DNA of 61,549 bases from Myxococcota bacterium (GTDB taxonomy: Bacteria; Myxococcota_A; Polyangia; Polyangiales; Houyiibacteriaceae), in contig JBCCEK010000005.1 of the NCBI GenBank assembly GCA_039030295.1, positions 1 through 61,549 of the forward strand. Direction: 5' to 3'. The position numbers were made by a program, and so were the translations under genes. The notes beneath the pieces were generated by a model. It made no database searches and was not told where the DNA came from. It saw only the letters and a list, made by a program, of their open reading frames with translations. Shown here piece after piece: positions 32,370 through 42,112 of this stretch; position 1 is the first letter of the stretch; every line of letters begins with the position of its first letter.

Positions 32370-33194
32370 TCACGGCGAACGCGGCGGAACAGCCGCCAAC
32401 GCACCGAGAGCAAGGTTGCGAAGCCGCAGCTGGCCCGCACGCTCGTAGAGCGTTTCGAGAAGCCGGGCCGCTCGTCCTGGGCGGCGTTCGAGGAGGTCGA
32501 ACAGGGCCGCGGCCTCTGGCGCGTTGCGACCTCCGGCGTCTTCGTATCGTTTTAGAGCATCGATCCTTTCCGCAACTGGTACCCCCCAACCGTGGAGGGC
32601 GAGCCACCCCCAATAGGCCTGCTCTTCGATCCTCGAGAATCCGTCGGTTGCTTCGGTGCGATGGATCAAGTTCCAGCGCGCCTTGTACATCGCTCGCACC
32701 GTCATGGGAGGCGCAACCAAGACCCCATTGGCGACCGCGCCATATCGGTCGAGGATCTCACCGAAGCCACCAAGCGTACCCGTCTCGAGGTCGCCCTCAG
32801 GCGAGCGGCTTGGGTCCGGGAACGCCTCCATGAAGCCCACGACTGCACGCGCTCGCAGCGCCGTAAAGGCGTCTGGACCTCCTCGGCGGTCCAAGGCCTC
32901 TAGTGCGCGGTGTATCTCGGCCTGGCGCGTATCGTAGTCAGCTCGCGTGTAAGGTGGGTCGATCTCCGCGAGCCCGTGGTCGACGAACAAGCCTTGCAGA
33001 CGGTCGACGTCGTCTCCCTCGGAGAGCTTCGATGACAGCTCCTCGCTCCGACGTACGGATGCGGCAACCGCCCGACGATCGAGGACGAGGCTTGGCATCT
33101 CCCAAGGGGCCACCGGTTGCGGAATCGCAAGGACGGCCCCGAGGAGTGCCCCTGCGAGCGTCCAGGCGATCAGCGTTACCCCCGAGTCGCTCAC
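32370..33194 (-). CDS. Hypothetical protein with N-terminal membrane anchor
   Basis: 274-aa ORF with plausible composition filling the pssA-moaDE gap; helical, TPR-like C-terminus. Confidence 0.65.
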   Translation of the reverse strand: MSDSGVTLIAWTLAGALLGAVLAIPQPVAPWEMPSLVLDRRAVAASVRRSEELSSKLSEGDDVDRLQGLFVDHGLAEIDPPYTRADYDTRQAEIHRALEALDRRGGPDAFTALRARAVVGFMEAFPDPSRSPEGDLETGTLGGFGEILDRYGAVANGVLVAPPMTVRAMYKARWNLIHRTEATDGFSRIEEQAYWGWLALHGWGVPVAERIDALKRYEDAGGRNAPEAAALFDLLERRPGRAARLLETLYERAGQLRLRNLALGALAAVPPRSP

Positions 33195-33266
33195 CGCGGC
33201 AGCCTACCATGGTTGGACCCGTGAAGCTGACTCTCTGCGGGTGCCTGCTACGCTAGTGCGGCCAAG

Positions 33267-33938
33267 ATGAAGGTCGATGTGCACTACTATGCCGCCGCAC
33301 GAGAACTCGCTGGCTGTGGGTCTGCCACGTTCGAGTTTCCGTCGATGGTGATCGCGCAAGAGGTGCTGCGCCGCGCTGTCGCCGATCGACATCCGTCCAT
33401 CGCACCTTTTCTCGAGCGCATGCGCCTCGCCGTGAACGGCGACTTCGTGGATCGAGACGAGGAAATCCGGGATCGCGACAGGATCGACGTGTTGCCTCCG
33501 GTTGCGGGAGGAGCGCCGAGCATCTCCTGCAGGATCGTCGACGCCGACATTTCGGTTGAGGAAGCGCTGCGCACGGTCTCGGACCCTGGTGCAGGCGGCG
33601 TGAGCATGTTCACCGGAGTCGTCCGCGACCACGCCGATGGGAAACCCGTGTCACGGCTCGATTACGAGGCGCACGAGAGCCTCGCACTCAAGGAGATGGA
33701 GCGCGTCCTTGGTGGCGTCGCGAGCGAGCATCCCGGTGTACGACTGACCGCGGTTCATCGCGTCGGGCAGCTTGCCGTCGGTGACATCGCCGTATGCGTG
33801 GCGGCGAGTGCACCGCACCGCGCCGAAGCGTTCGAGGCCTGCCGAAAGGCCATCGACCGAATCAAGGAAACGGTTCCCATCTGGAAGAAGGAATGGGGGC
33901 CGGACGGCGAAGCCTACTGGGTCAATCTCGACGAATGA
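33267..33938 (+). CDS. Fused molybdopterin synthase MoaD-MoaE (MoaX-like)
   Basis: Ubiquitin-like N-terminus (YYAAARE...AVN...LPPVAGG) followed in frame by MoaE (FTGVVRDH, LDYEA, HRVG, HRAEAF, IWKKE). Confidence 0.92.
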   Translation: MKVDVHYYAAARELAGCGSATFEFPSMVIAQEVLRRAVADRHPSIAPFLERMRLAVNGDFVDRDEEIRDRDRIDVLPPVAGGAPSISCRIVDADISVEEALRTVSDPGAGGVSMFTGVVRDHADGKPVSRLDYEAHESLALKEMERVLGGVASEHPGVRLTAVHRVGQLAVGDIAVCVAASAPHRAEAFEACRKAIDRIKETVPIWKKEWGPDGEAYWVNLDE

Positions 33939-33953
33939 CTCGTGCGAGCCATT

Positions 33954-35258
33954 TCAGGGCGCCAACGCGCCTTCGAGTGACTCAAGCGCGGAATCCTCGA
34001 GCACGCCGACGCATGTGAGGTGGGCCTTCGATGGCGTGAGGTGGTCACTCACGACGCGTCGTACGTCCTCGGCGGTGACCGCCATGACTTGGTCCGCGAT
34101 CGTACGAAGCGACTCGGGCAGGGCGAAAAGCGCGCTCGTGCCGACGAAATGCGAAGTGTCCTCCGGATCGTCGACGACGGTGCGAAGGTCCCACAGGTAG
34201 CGACGCTTGGCTTTTTCGATCTCTTCCGGCGTCGGCGCGACATTGGCGAGGGACTCGACCAGTTCGAGTAGCGTGTCGACCAGTTTCGGAACCTTGCCGT
34301 GCTCGACCGATGCGCCGAAGTCGTAGACGCCGCAATCCTCGAACGTGTCCTGGCCGGAGAACGCCTCATAGGCGAGGCCGCGCTCTTCACACACGGTTCG
34401 GTGGACGCGCGTGCTCAATCCGTCGTCCAAAATGCGGTCCAACAGGATGAACGTCGCGGCGTCCGGGCTTCGCACGCCCGGGGTGTGGAACGAGAGCCGA
34501 ACTTCGGTTTGGCTACCCGATTCGTGCACGTACGACACGCGGCGCCGATCGGTCGATGGCTTCCACTCGCCTACATCGGAGGCGGCGCCCGCCCGAAAAG
34601 GGTCGAATCCCCGTTCGATCACGGCTTTGATCTCTGCCTCGTCGAACGCACCCGCCACGCACAGGACAGTGTTCTTGGCGGTGTAGTGAGTGCGGTGGTG
34701 CCGCTGCAGGTCGTCCGCATCAAAGGCGTCCAGGTTGTCGATGGGACCCGCGATTGTGAACCCCAACGAGTGGTCTCCGTAGAGGAGCTGGCGGGATACG
34801 TTGTCGATGTCGATCTGTTCACCCTGCTCGTTCAGCTCCTCGAGAATCTCCTCTCGGATGATCTGTTTCTCCGTCTTCAACTCGGTGAGCAGCGGGTTCT
34901 GAAGCACGTCGGCAAGTAGAGCCGTGCCCTCCAGGATCGTCTCGCTCGGCAGCGTGAGATCGTAGCTTGTGAAGTCCACGTGGGTCGCTGCGTCGAGCGT
35001 TCCACCGAGGCGCTCGATCGCGAGGTTGAGCTCATGCGCCTTCGGATGTCGTTCCGTCCCGCGGTAGAGCATGTGCTCGAGGAAGTGGCTGAGGCCGTTC
35101 GTCTCGGGAGACTCATATCGAGACCCGACGCGAACAAAGCAAGAGACCGTCGCCGATTGCAGATGGGGGAGGGGGATGAGTCTTACGCGAAGGCCGTTCG
35201 CGAGCGTCATCGTCCCGCAATGGAGCTCCTGCAGGCCGACCGCGCTAGCTATTGCCAT
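33954..35258 (-). CDS. M16 (pitrilysin-family) zinc peptidase
   Basis: TLANGLRV, VGSRYE, inverted zincin HFLEH, EERGLAY. Start at 35258 or ATG 35210. Confidence 0.92.
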   Translation of the reverse strand: MAIASAVGLQELHCGTMTLANGLRVRLIPLPHLQSATVSCFVRVGSRYESPETNGLSHFLEHMLYRGTERHPKAHELNLAIERLGGTLDAATHVDFTSYDLTLPSETILEGTALLADVLQNPLLTELKTEKQIIREEILEELNEQGEQIDIDNVSRQLLYGDHSLGFTIAGPIDNLDAFDADDLQRHHRTHYTAKNTVLCVAGAFDEAEIKAVIERGFDPFRAGAASDVGEWKPSTDRRRVSYVHESGSQTEVRLSFHTPGVRSPDAATFILLDRILDDGLSTRVHRTVCEERGLAYEAFSGQDTFEDCGVYDFGASVEHGKVPKLVDTLLELVESLANVAPTPEEIEKAKRRYLWDLRTVVDDPEDTSHFVGTSALFALPESLRTIADQVMAVTAEDVRRVVSDHLTPSKAHLTCVGVLEDSALESLEGALAP

Positions 35259-36849
35259 CCGCAGTCTGGAGCGGATTCACCCGCAAAGCGTCATCTTCGA
35301 CCGCCTGCTCGCGGAGCTCGCGGATGTAGGCGTTGACGGCTTCTTCCTTTTTGAGTGTGCGGAGGACCTCGCGGGTCGACTCTCGAAGGTCGTCGGTGAA
35401 CGCCGCCTCGTCCGGGCGCCTGCGGTCGAGCACTTTGAAGATCACCCACTCGCGGCCGATCCGAACTGGCTCCGCTGGAAACTCTTGGTCTTCTTCGACC
35501 GCGAACACGGCGTCGAGAAGGACGTTGGTTGACAGCCCAGGCACCGGAACGGCCTGTCGGCCGAACTTGCCGGTGGTCTCGAAGGACGGGGCGATGGCCG
35601 AGTCCTTGTCGCGCTCAGCCTCCTTACGGAGGCGTGCGTCGAGTGCACCTTGGCCGGACGCCTTCCATGCCGCGAGGGCTGCCCCGGCTGCCTCCTTGGT
35701 CTCGGTCTGGATCCAGTCGTTGATGTACAGGTTCTCCGCAAGCTCGCGCTTGGCTTCGTCCTTAGGCACATCACCCTCGCGAATCCCCGTGACCTTGATG
35801 ATGTGATAGCCGAAGTCGGTCTCGACGACATCGGACACTTGGTCGACCTCCATCGAGAAGACCGCTTCGTCGAACGACTCGGGCATGGCGCCCTTCGGTT
35901 GGTAGCCGAGGTCGCCGCCTTTGGGGCCCGTGATCCGGTCGTCGCTCTCGGCGCGTGCCAGCGCCGAGAAGTCCTCGCCCTTGGCTGCGCGCGCCTGCAA
36001 GGCGATGGCTTTCTTCTCGGCCTTGGCGCGATCCTCGTCCGTCGCGAACGACCCGGTCTTGACCAGGACGTGCTGCGTGCGGATCTGTTTGTCGAGATTC
36101 GTGAAACGGAACTTGTTGGCTTCGTACGCCCCTTCGAGCTCTTCGTCGTGCTCGCCCATCCACGCTGCGATCGCCGTCTCGGTCACGGCGGGCTTGCTCT
36201 TGCCGTAGTATGCCGGTGTGAAGCGGACGTACTCGAGCTCTGCGCTGTCGTTCTCGCGCACATAGTCGTCCCATGCTTCCGCGTCGCTGACGTTGACCAC
36301 GGATGCCACGAGGTCGCGCATCTGCGCCGCGAGGTATTCGTCCACCTGGCCTTCGACAAACTCGCCGACGCTCCTTCGGAGGCCGTTCTCGATGTATCGC
36401 TTGGCGAGCTCGAGGTTGAACGTGCCGTCCTTGTCTTCGAAGTTCACCGGAATCTCGCCTTGGGGAACCTCGGGTGGCGCGGACGTCCCGAGCGACAGCA
36501 GAATCACGCCGTCGTTGACGAATCGTGTCATCACGTCGTCCTCGGTGACTTCGAAGCCGACCTTTCGCGCCTCACGGGCGAGAAGGGTCCGGTCGATCAG
36601 TCCGTTGAGGACGAGCTTCGGAAGGCCTAGCGACTCTTGTGTCTCGGCTGGGAGCCTTCCGAAGTTGCCGACCGCGTAGGCGGCCTCGAAGTCGCCCCTG
36701 CTGAGCGTCTTGTCATAGACGCGTGCCAGGTAAGTAGAGCCGCCGGCCGCACAGCCCTCGGCTTGCCCACCCCCAAACTGGAGGGCGAACACCGCCGAAA
36801 GAAGCACGACGAGGAGTACGAGAAAGAACCCTTTGAGCTTATCCGCCAT
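35245..36849 (-). CDS. SurA/PpiD-like membrane-anchored parvulin peptidyl-prolyl isomerase
   Basis: N-terminal TM, SurA-N-like region, parvulin motifs HVLVK, FSALARAESDD, GGDLG, ETDFGYHII. ATG 36849 preferred. Confidence 0.88.
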   Translation of the reverse strand: MADKLKGFFLVLLVVLLSAVFALQFGGGQAEGCAAGGSTYLARVYDKTLSRGDFEAAYAVGNFGRLPAETQESLGLPKLVLNGLIDRTLLAREARKVGFEVTEDDVMTRFVNDGVILLSLGTSAPPEVPQGEIPVNFEDKDGTFNLELAKRYIENGLRRSVGEFVEGQVDEYLAAQMRDLVASVVNVSDAEAWDDYVRENDSAELEYVRFTPAYYGKSKPAVTETAIAAWMGEHDEELEGAYEANKFRFTNLDKQIRTQHVLVKTGSFATDEDRAKAEKKAIALQARAAKGEDFSALARAESDDRITGPKGGDLGYQPKGAMPESFDEAVFSMEVDQVSDVVETDFGYHIIKVTGIREGDVPKDEAKRELAENLYINDWIQTETKEAAGAALAAWKASGQGALDARLRKEAERDKDSAIAPSFETTGKFGRQAVPVPGLSTNVLLDAVFAVEEDQEFPAEPVRIGREWVIFKVLDRRRPDEAAFTDDLRESTREVLRTLKKEEAVNAYIRELREQAVEDDALRVNPLQTADGNS

Positions 36850-37015
36850 CACCAATTGCCGTTTAAAGAGGCCGAACCATAGAGGAGAGGTCGACAAACG
36901 GCAAACTGGGATTCTCGGCTGCTCGAGGACCCCGACAGTTGGCGCCGGACGCCGGGGATTCTACACTTCGCGCGACCCAGCAGAACGACCCGAGTGTGAG
37001 GAAAGTGAGGGGGAT

Positions 37016-37612
37016 GTGGCCCAGGGTTCGAGCCTACCGCCGCTAAAATCGAACAGCAGCAAGGGCAAGTACGCCGTCGTGCTCCTCCTACTCTTGGGAA
37101 CCTGCAGCGCGGGATGGTTCTACCTCCAAGGAGGAGGGGACTCAGCCTCAGAGCCCGTGGCGGAGGTCGTTGAGCCGGAGCCGCCTCCGAGGGCTCAGTT
37201 CGAACCCGAGATCGAGATCCCCGAGCCCGAGGAAATCGAGCCCCCAGAGACACCTGAGTCGCCCGGCGCCGGGGATGGCTCAGGGGCCGGCCGCGGTCGC
37301 GAACCGGTGGTCTGCAACGGGACGCTTCAAGCAAGCCAGATCCGGGCGACCATCAACGGTGCGCCACGCAAACAAGTCCAGACCTGCTACGAGCAGCGCC
37401 TCAAGGACAACAACCTCTTGCAGGGGCAGATGACAGTACTGATCACGATCGGCTCTCAAGGCCGCGTGCGCAACGTCTCGATCTCAGGCTCGCTACGGGA
37501 CTCGCAGGTGTACTCGTGCGTCAGGCGGGTCGCGCGGTCCTGGAAGTTCCCGAATCCCGAAGGCGGGTGCGTCCGAACGGCGGTCCCGTTCAGCCTCACG
37601 CCGAAGCTCTAA
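37016..37612 (+). CDS. Bitopic protein with AgmX/PglI-type (TonB-C-like) C-terminal domain
   Basis: TM helix, Pro/Glu-rich linker, then VQTCYEQRLKDN..LQG.M...I...GRV...CV......WKFP..GG. GTG 37016 follows a GAGGGGG RBS. Confidence 0.8.
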   Translation: MAQGSSLPPLKSNSSKGKYAVVLLLLLGTCSAGWFYLQGGGDSASEPVAEVVEPEPPPRAQFEPEIEIPEPEEIEPPETPESPGAGDGSGAGRGREPVVCNGTLQASQIRATINGAPRKQVQTCYEQRLKDNNLLQGQMTVLITIGSQGRVRNVSISGSLRDSQVYSCVRRVARSWKFPNPEGGCVRTAVPFSLTPKL

Positions 37613-37622
37613 CGGGGACCCC

Positions 37623-38660
37623 CTACGGGTCTTCGTTTGCGAATCTCATCAGGTCCTCGACGTCGCTCGAGCTCCCCATGAACACGGGGGTTCGCTGATG
37701 GAGTTTCTGCGGCTTGATCTCGAGGAGTCGCTGGCTTCCGTCTGTGGCCGAGCCTCCGGCGGCCTCGACCAAGAACGCCATTGGGCTTGCCTCGTAGAGT
37801 AAGCGTAGCTTGCCCTTGCGATTCGTGATGTCGTGCGGATACGCGAAGATCCCGCCTCTCAGAAGCGTGCGATGCAAGTCGGCGACCATGGCGCCGATGT
37901 AACGCAGTCGGTAAGCCGGCCGATCTTCGTTGGGCGTCTTGATCCAGTCCGCCCACCGCTGAATGCGCGCATCCCAGTTGTGGTAGTTGCCCTCGTTGAT
38001 CGAGTAGATCCATCCGCGGTCAGGGATCTGAATGTTCGGATGGGATAGAAAGAACTCGCCGACTCCAGGGTCGTACGTGAAGCCATCGACTCCATGCCCC
38101 GTCGAGTAGACGAGCATGTTGGACGAACCGTAAATGACGTACCCAGCGGCCACGATATCGCGGCCGGGTTGAAGCAGGTCCTCGAGCGTCCCCGGCTTCC
38201 CATCGGGGGAGATCCTTCGATGGATGGAGAAGATCGTTCCAATCGACGCGTTGATGTCGATGTTCCCCGAGCCGTCCAGTGGATCGAACTGCAGGACGTA
38301 CTTGCCTTGCGGGTATCGGGCCGGGATCGCGATCGGCTCCTCCACCTCTTCGCTTCCCATGACGCAGACGTGCCCGCCTGCCTCGATGGTCCCGACGATC
38401 GTGTTGTTCGCGAAGATGTCGAGCTTCTGGACCGCCTCGCCTTGGACATTGGTCTGCCCCGTTCGACCGAGGATGCCGGACAGGCCCGCCTTGCTCACCC
38501 GGCTTCCGATGATCTTGGCCGCGAGCATGATCTGTTGGAATAGACCGGTGAAATCACCGGTGGCTTCCGGCATCCGTCTCTGTCGCTCGAGCAGGTGGCG
38601 CTCGAGGGTTGTGCCGATGGGGCTTTCGTCTGAAGGGCCAATGGAGCCGGCAGTAGGCAT
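37623..38660 (-). CDS. fbp: Fructose-1,6-bisphosphatase class 1
   Basis: NVQGEAVQKLD, SEE, DPLDGS, YSINEGN, RYIGAMVADLHRTL, GKLRLLYE. Confidence 0.96.
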   Translation of the reverse strand: MPTAGSIGPSDESPIGTTLERHLLERQRRMPEATGDFTGLFQQIMLAAKIIGSRVSKAGLSGILGRTGQTNVQGEAVQKLDIFANNTIVGTIEAGGHVCVMGSEEVEEPIAIPARYPQGKYVLQFDPLDGSGNIDINASIGTIFSIHRRISPDGKPGTLEDLLQPGRDIVAAGYVIYGSSNMLVYSTGHGVDGFTYDPGVGEFFLSHPNIQIPDRGWIYSINEGNYHNWDARIQRWADWIKTPNEDRPAYRLRYIGAMVADLHRTLLRGGIFAYPHDITNRKGKLRLLYEASPMAFLVEAAGGSATDGSQRLLEIKPQKLHQRTPVFMGSSSDVEDLMRFANEDP

Positions 38661-38785
38661 TGCTGCGCGGCATACCAGAGCCGTCGAGAGTGCGCTAGGA
38701 TGGTACCCAGGTGGGCCACGATATCCTTGATTGGGGATACCTACGTGTGGGCTGTTTGATGTAAACTTACCGTGTCAGGCAAACT

Positions 38786-39583
38786 GTGACGAATTTCCGG
38801 AACTGGTTGAAGCAGACCCAGCAACGCAGGTCGGGGATCCCCCGAATGCGGAGCGTGAAGGGCCTCCCCGGCGTGCTGGCGCGGGGTGACTTGAGCGTGG
38901 TCTATCAGCCGATCGTGTCGCTGACGACGATGGAGCCCTTTGCTTACGAGGCCCTGGTTCGGAGTGATTCGCCACACTGGATCAACCCGCCCAAATTGTT
39001 CGACGAGGCGATCAAGAGCCGTTGCGTCGGTGCGCTCGGCCGAGCGATTCGGGAGATCGCCACCGCGAACTGCGCGGGCGCCCCGCTGTTCCTCAACGTG
39101 CACCCGAACGAGTTCGACGAGTCGTGGCTCGTCCAACCCGACGATCCGATCTTCACACACGACCAACCGATCTACTTGGAGGTCACGGAGTCGGTTCCTC
39201 TGACCCACTTTGCATACTGCCACAGCGTGCTTCGCGAGATTCGCGGCAAGGGCGTTTCGCTAGCGGTCGATGACCTCGGAGCCGGGTACTCCAACCTCAA
39301 GTACATCGTCGATCTCAAGCCCGAGATCGTCAAACTCGATCGCACGCTCATCGCCGATCTTGCAGACGACCGTCGTGCTCAAGTCTTGGTTCGACACATC
39401 GTTCGACTCTGCCACGAGCTCGGCGCACGCGTCGTCGCGGAGGGAATCGAGCAGGAGACGGAGATGAAGGTCGTCGTCGACTGCGGTGCGCACTATGGCC
39501 AGGGCTACTACTTCGCCCGGCCCGCATATCCTGCCCCGGGGGTCAGCGCGACTCCCCGCGAAGTCATGAGCAAGGGCGCCTGA
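38786..39583 (+). CDS. Stand-alone EAL-domain c-di-GMP phosphodiesterase
   Basis: YQPIV, EALVR, LFLNV, LEVTE, DDLGAGYSNL, VKLD, AEGIE and QGYYF; catalytic residues appear intact. Start may be ATG 38846. Confidence 0.9.
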   Translation: MTNFRNWLKQTQQRRSGIPRMRSVKGLPGVLARGDLSVVYQPIVSLTTMEPFAYEALVRSDSPHWINPPKLFDEAIKSRCVGALGRAIREIATANCAGAPLFLNVHPNEFDESWLVQPDDPIFTHDQPIYLEVTESVPLTHFAYCHSVLREIRGKGVSLAVDDLGAGYSNLKYIVDLKPEIVKLDRTLIADLADDRRAQVLVRHIVRLCHELGARVVAEGIEQETEMKVVVDCGAHYGQGYYFARPAYPAPGVSATPREVMSKGA

Positions 39584-39625
39584 GCGCCGTTCACCGAAGC
39601 GAGTACCGAGACAGGCCCTAGATAG

Positions 39626-41242
39626 CTAGATAGGGACCGACTCGTAGCTCACATCGCCCGCTTCGTGTCCTTCGATGGTCAAGATGGAGGCGACCTTGTT
39701 GCCTGCCGCGCCTCGTTCGACCGCGACGATGGTGTGAAGAGAGCTCCCAATCATCTGTGCTGCACACGCTTTGTCGGTCCCGCTACAACTCGTCGCGACG
39801 ATCAATCCTTCGACCGGGTTGCTGGTCGTCGCGCAGTGCACGCCGAGCAGATGTCCCGGCTCACGTCCGCCAATCACGCTGAGCGCGGAGGCGACCTCGG
39901 CGGCGGTTAGATCGCTCATGACCAGGTGGTCCATCCTTAGGCGTGACGCGTGGGCGATGGTCTCAGCCATCGAAAGGCCTGCGTCTGCGGCACTGAACGA
40001 CACGACCTTCGTGCGATCGACGTCGAGGTCCGGCAGCGCTTCCACCAACGCCGTGTTCTCCTCCTCGGGTAGCTCTCGGCAGAGCGCCGACAGGAGCGTG
40101 GAGACGCCCGACCCTACCGGGCCCAGCACAGCGATGTTGCGGCATTCGGCGGTTGCTTTTCGGAGGTGCGCCGCCGCTTCCGCGGACATCCAGCCGTCTT
40201 CTGACAGTTGGTCGAGGGTGGCGGTTCGGTCGATGCGGATCTCGATCAGAGGTCCCGGGGAGACCAGCGGGGGTCTCAGGATCGTCACGCGTGGGCCGAA
40301 GCTCAGTCGACCGTGGAACACAGGTTGGTCGTCGAGTGACCGGTCGCATTGCGCCGCGAGTCGGCGCGCGATGACATCGAGCGCCTCCGGGGACGAAAAG
40401 GAGAGGGCCGTAGGCCTAGGACCGTCACCCGTATCGATGAGCACGCGGTCTGTACCGCTGACGACGATCCACTGGATCTCGTCGTTCGACAGCACATCAT
40501 CCAACGCGCCCAGTCCAACGATCTCATGCAACGCCGTGTGCGCGACCTGGCGCATGTCGACTTCCGAGTCGACCGAGCCGTCCTTCTGCATGGTGAGGAA
40601 CGTCTCCGCGATGGCGGCACGTGCCGCGGACCAGCGGTCTTGGTCCTTCATGGCCGCCGGGCTCACGTCCTCGATGTCGAGCCTCTTGGACAACCGGCCC
40701 ATGAGCTCGGTCAACGGATCCTTCGCGGGCGCGCCCAGCTCGGCTTCGTCGGTCGGCCGACTCTCGATCCGGGGCGGCAGGCTCGTGGCGATCGGGTCTT
40801 TCGGCCGGCTCGTCCGCGCCCGGTGCGGCAACGAGGTACGAACCGGCATCGAGGTCTTCGGGACCGATGACCGACCCGGTGCCGGTGCAGCCGAAGGTGG
40901 CGGGGGCGGCTCCGAGACCTGCTCTGGCGCCCGGCTCCCCTGAGACGTCACCGCGTCCCCCTCGAGCGTAATGATGAAGTCGGCGATGTAGATCTTGTCG
41001 CCTTGCTTCAACGGGTGAGGCGCAGTGATCTTGCGACCGTTGACCCAGGTGCCGTTGGTGCTGTTGAGGTCGACGACCACGGCCTTCTCCTCTTCGAGCG
41101 AGAGGCGCGCGTGCTGCTTCGACACATTGCGCTTGGCAAGGACGATATCGTTTCCGTTGACGCGTCCGACGGTCAGCTCAGGCTTCGAAAAATCGAGCCT
41201 TCGCTTCTCGCCCCCCCCGTCGGTGATCACCACCGCGTACAT
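39626..41242 (-). CDS. FHA domain fused to a degenerate TadA/CpaF-family ATPase
   Basis: FHA (VGR...VSKQHA...NSTNG), Pro-rich linker, CpaF-like region (GLGALDDVL). Walker A is GPVGSGVST and Walker B is LVMSD. ATG 41242 preferred. Confidence 0.85.
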   Translation of the reverse strand: MYAVVITDGGGEKRRLDFSKPELTVGRVNGNDIVLAKRNVSKQHARLSLEEEKAVVVDLNSTNGTWVNGRKITAPHPLKQGDKIYIADFIITLEGDAVTSQGSRAPEQVSEPPPPPSAAPAPGRSSVPKTSMPVRTSLPHRARTSRPKDPIATSLPPRIESRPTDEAELGAPAKDPLTELMGRLSKRLDIEDVSPAAMKDQDRWSAARAAIAETFLTMQKDGSVDSEVDMRQVAHTALHEIVGLGALDDVLSNDEIQWIVVSGTDRVLIDTGDGPRPTALSFSSPEALDVIARRLAAQCDRSLDDQPVFHGRLSFGPRVTILRPPLVSPGPLIEIRIDRTATLDQLSEDGWMSAEAAAHLRKATAECRNIAVLGPVGSGVSTLLSALCRELPEEENTALVEALPDLDVDRTKVVSFSAADAGLSMAETIAHASRLRMDHLVMSDLTAAEVASALSVIGGREPGHLLGVHCATTSNPVEGLIVATSCSGTDKACAAQMIGSSLHTIVAVERGAAGNKVASILTIEGHEAGDVSYESVPI

Positions 41243-41473
41243 TCGTTCGATCATTGAAGAGGCGTCGACCCGTCGCGTCAAGTCTCCCGCATTCTTCGCC
41301 CTCACGGCTGACCGTGCACGTCGAGCCTTCAGTGCGGGCACCCTGCTAAACACTTGAAATCATGAGCGTTCGCACGAGGCTAGAATGCTGAAGATCCGTT
41401 TAGGGGTTAAAAACATCCTCCTCTGGCCGGAATCGGTACCACCGAACGGGTCAACTGCGGTAGCTTACGCCGC

Positions 41474-42112
41474 ATGCCTGGTGGCTTTTTGATCGTAGAG
41501 GACGAGCCGACCCTGGCCCGAACGCTGGCGAGAACGTTCGGGCGCCACGGCCCCGTCGATGTCGTCCACAATATGGCCGCGGCCCGTGACAAACTTGGAA
41601 CACACGCCGAGTGGACGGGCGTCGTCCTCGACTTGATCCTGCCTGACGGTTATGGCCTCGACCTTCTGGCGGAGATCCGGGAGCAGTATGGGGCACTCCC
41701 CGTTCTGGTCCTGACGGGTGAGCTTAATCGTGATGTAGTTAACAAAGTGCAGACGATGCGCGGCGAGTACGTGTGCAAGCCGGCGTCCGCCGACAACCTG
41801 AACCCGTTCATTCAGCGTGCCCTCGCACAAGAGCGGGTCGACGACGCCGCGATCGGCCAACGCATCGAGCACCTCGCGCGCCAGCTTCGGCTGACCCGCC
41901 GCGAGACCGAGTTGCTGACGCTCTCGGTCGACGGGCTCTCCCGAAAAGAGCTCGCGGACGCGCTCGGGGTCGCCGAAAACACGGTCAAGGCGCAGATCCG
42001 GTCACTCCTCAAGAAGAGTGGCGCCCGGAGTCTGGCGACCCTGGCACAGAAGGTCATCAAGGGCGCGGCACACGAGAGCGTCCCGCCTGGGCCCCCAGTC
42101 ACGAGCGGCTGA
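41474..42112 (+). CDS. Response regulator, REC + LuxR-type HTH
   Basis: IVEDE, VLDLILPDG, LTG and KP receiver motifs; LTRRE..L...G.S.KELA..LGVAENTVK HTH. Confidence 0.92.
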   Translation: MPGGFLIVEDEPTLARTLARTFGRHGPVDVVHNMAAARDKLGTHAEWTGVVLDLILPDGYGLDLLAEIREQYGALPVLVLTGELNRDVVNKVQTMRGEYVCKPASADNLNPFIQRALAQERVDDAAIGQRIEHLARQLRLTRRETELLTLSVDGLSRKELADALGVAENTVKAQIRSLLKKSGARSLATLAQKVIKGAAHESVPPGPPVTSG

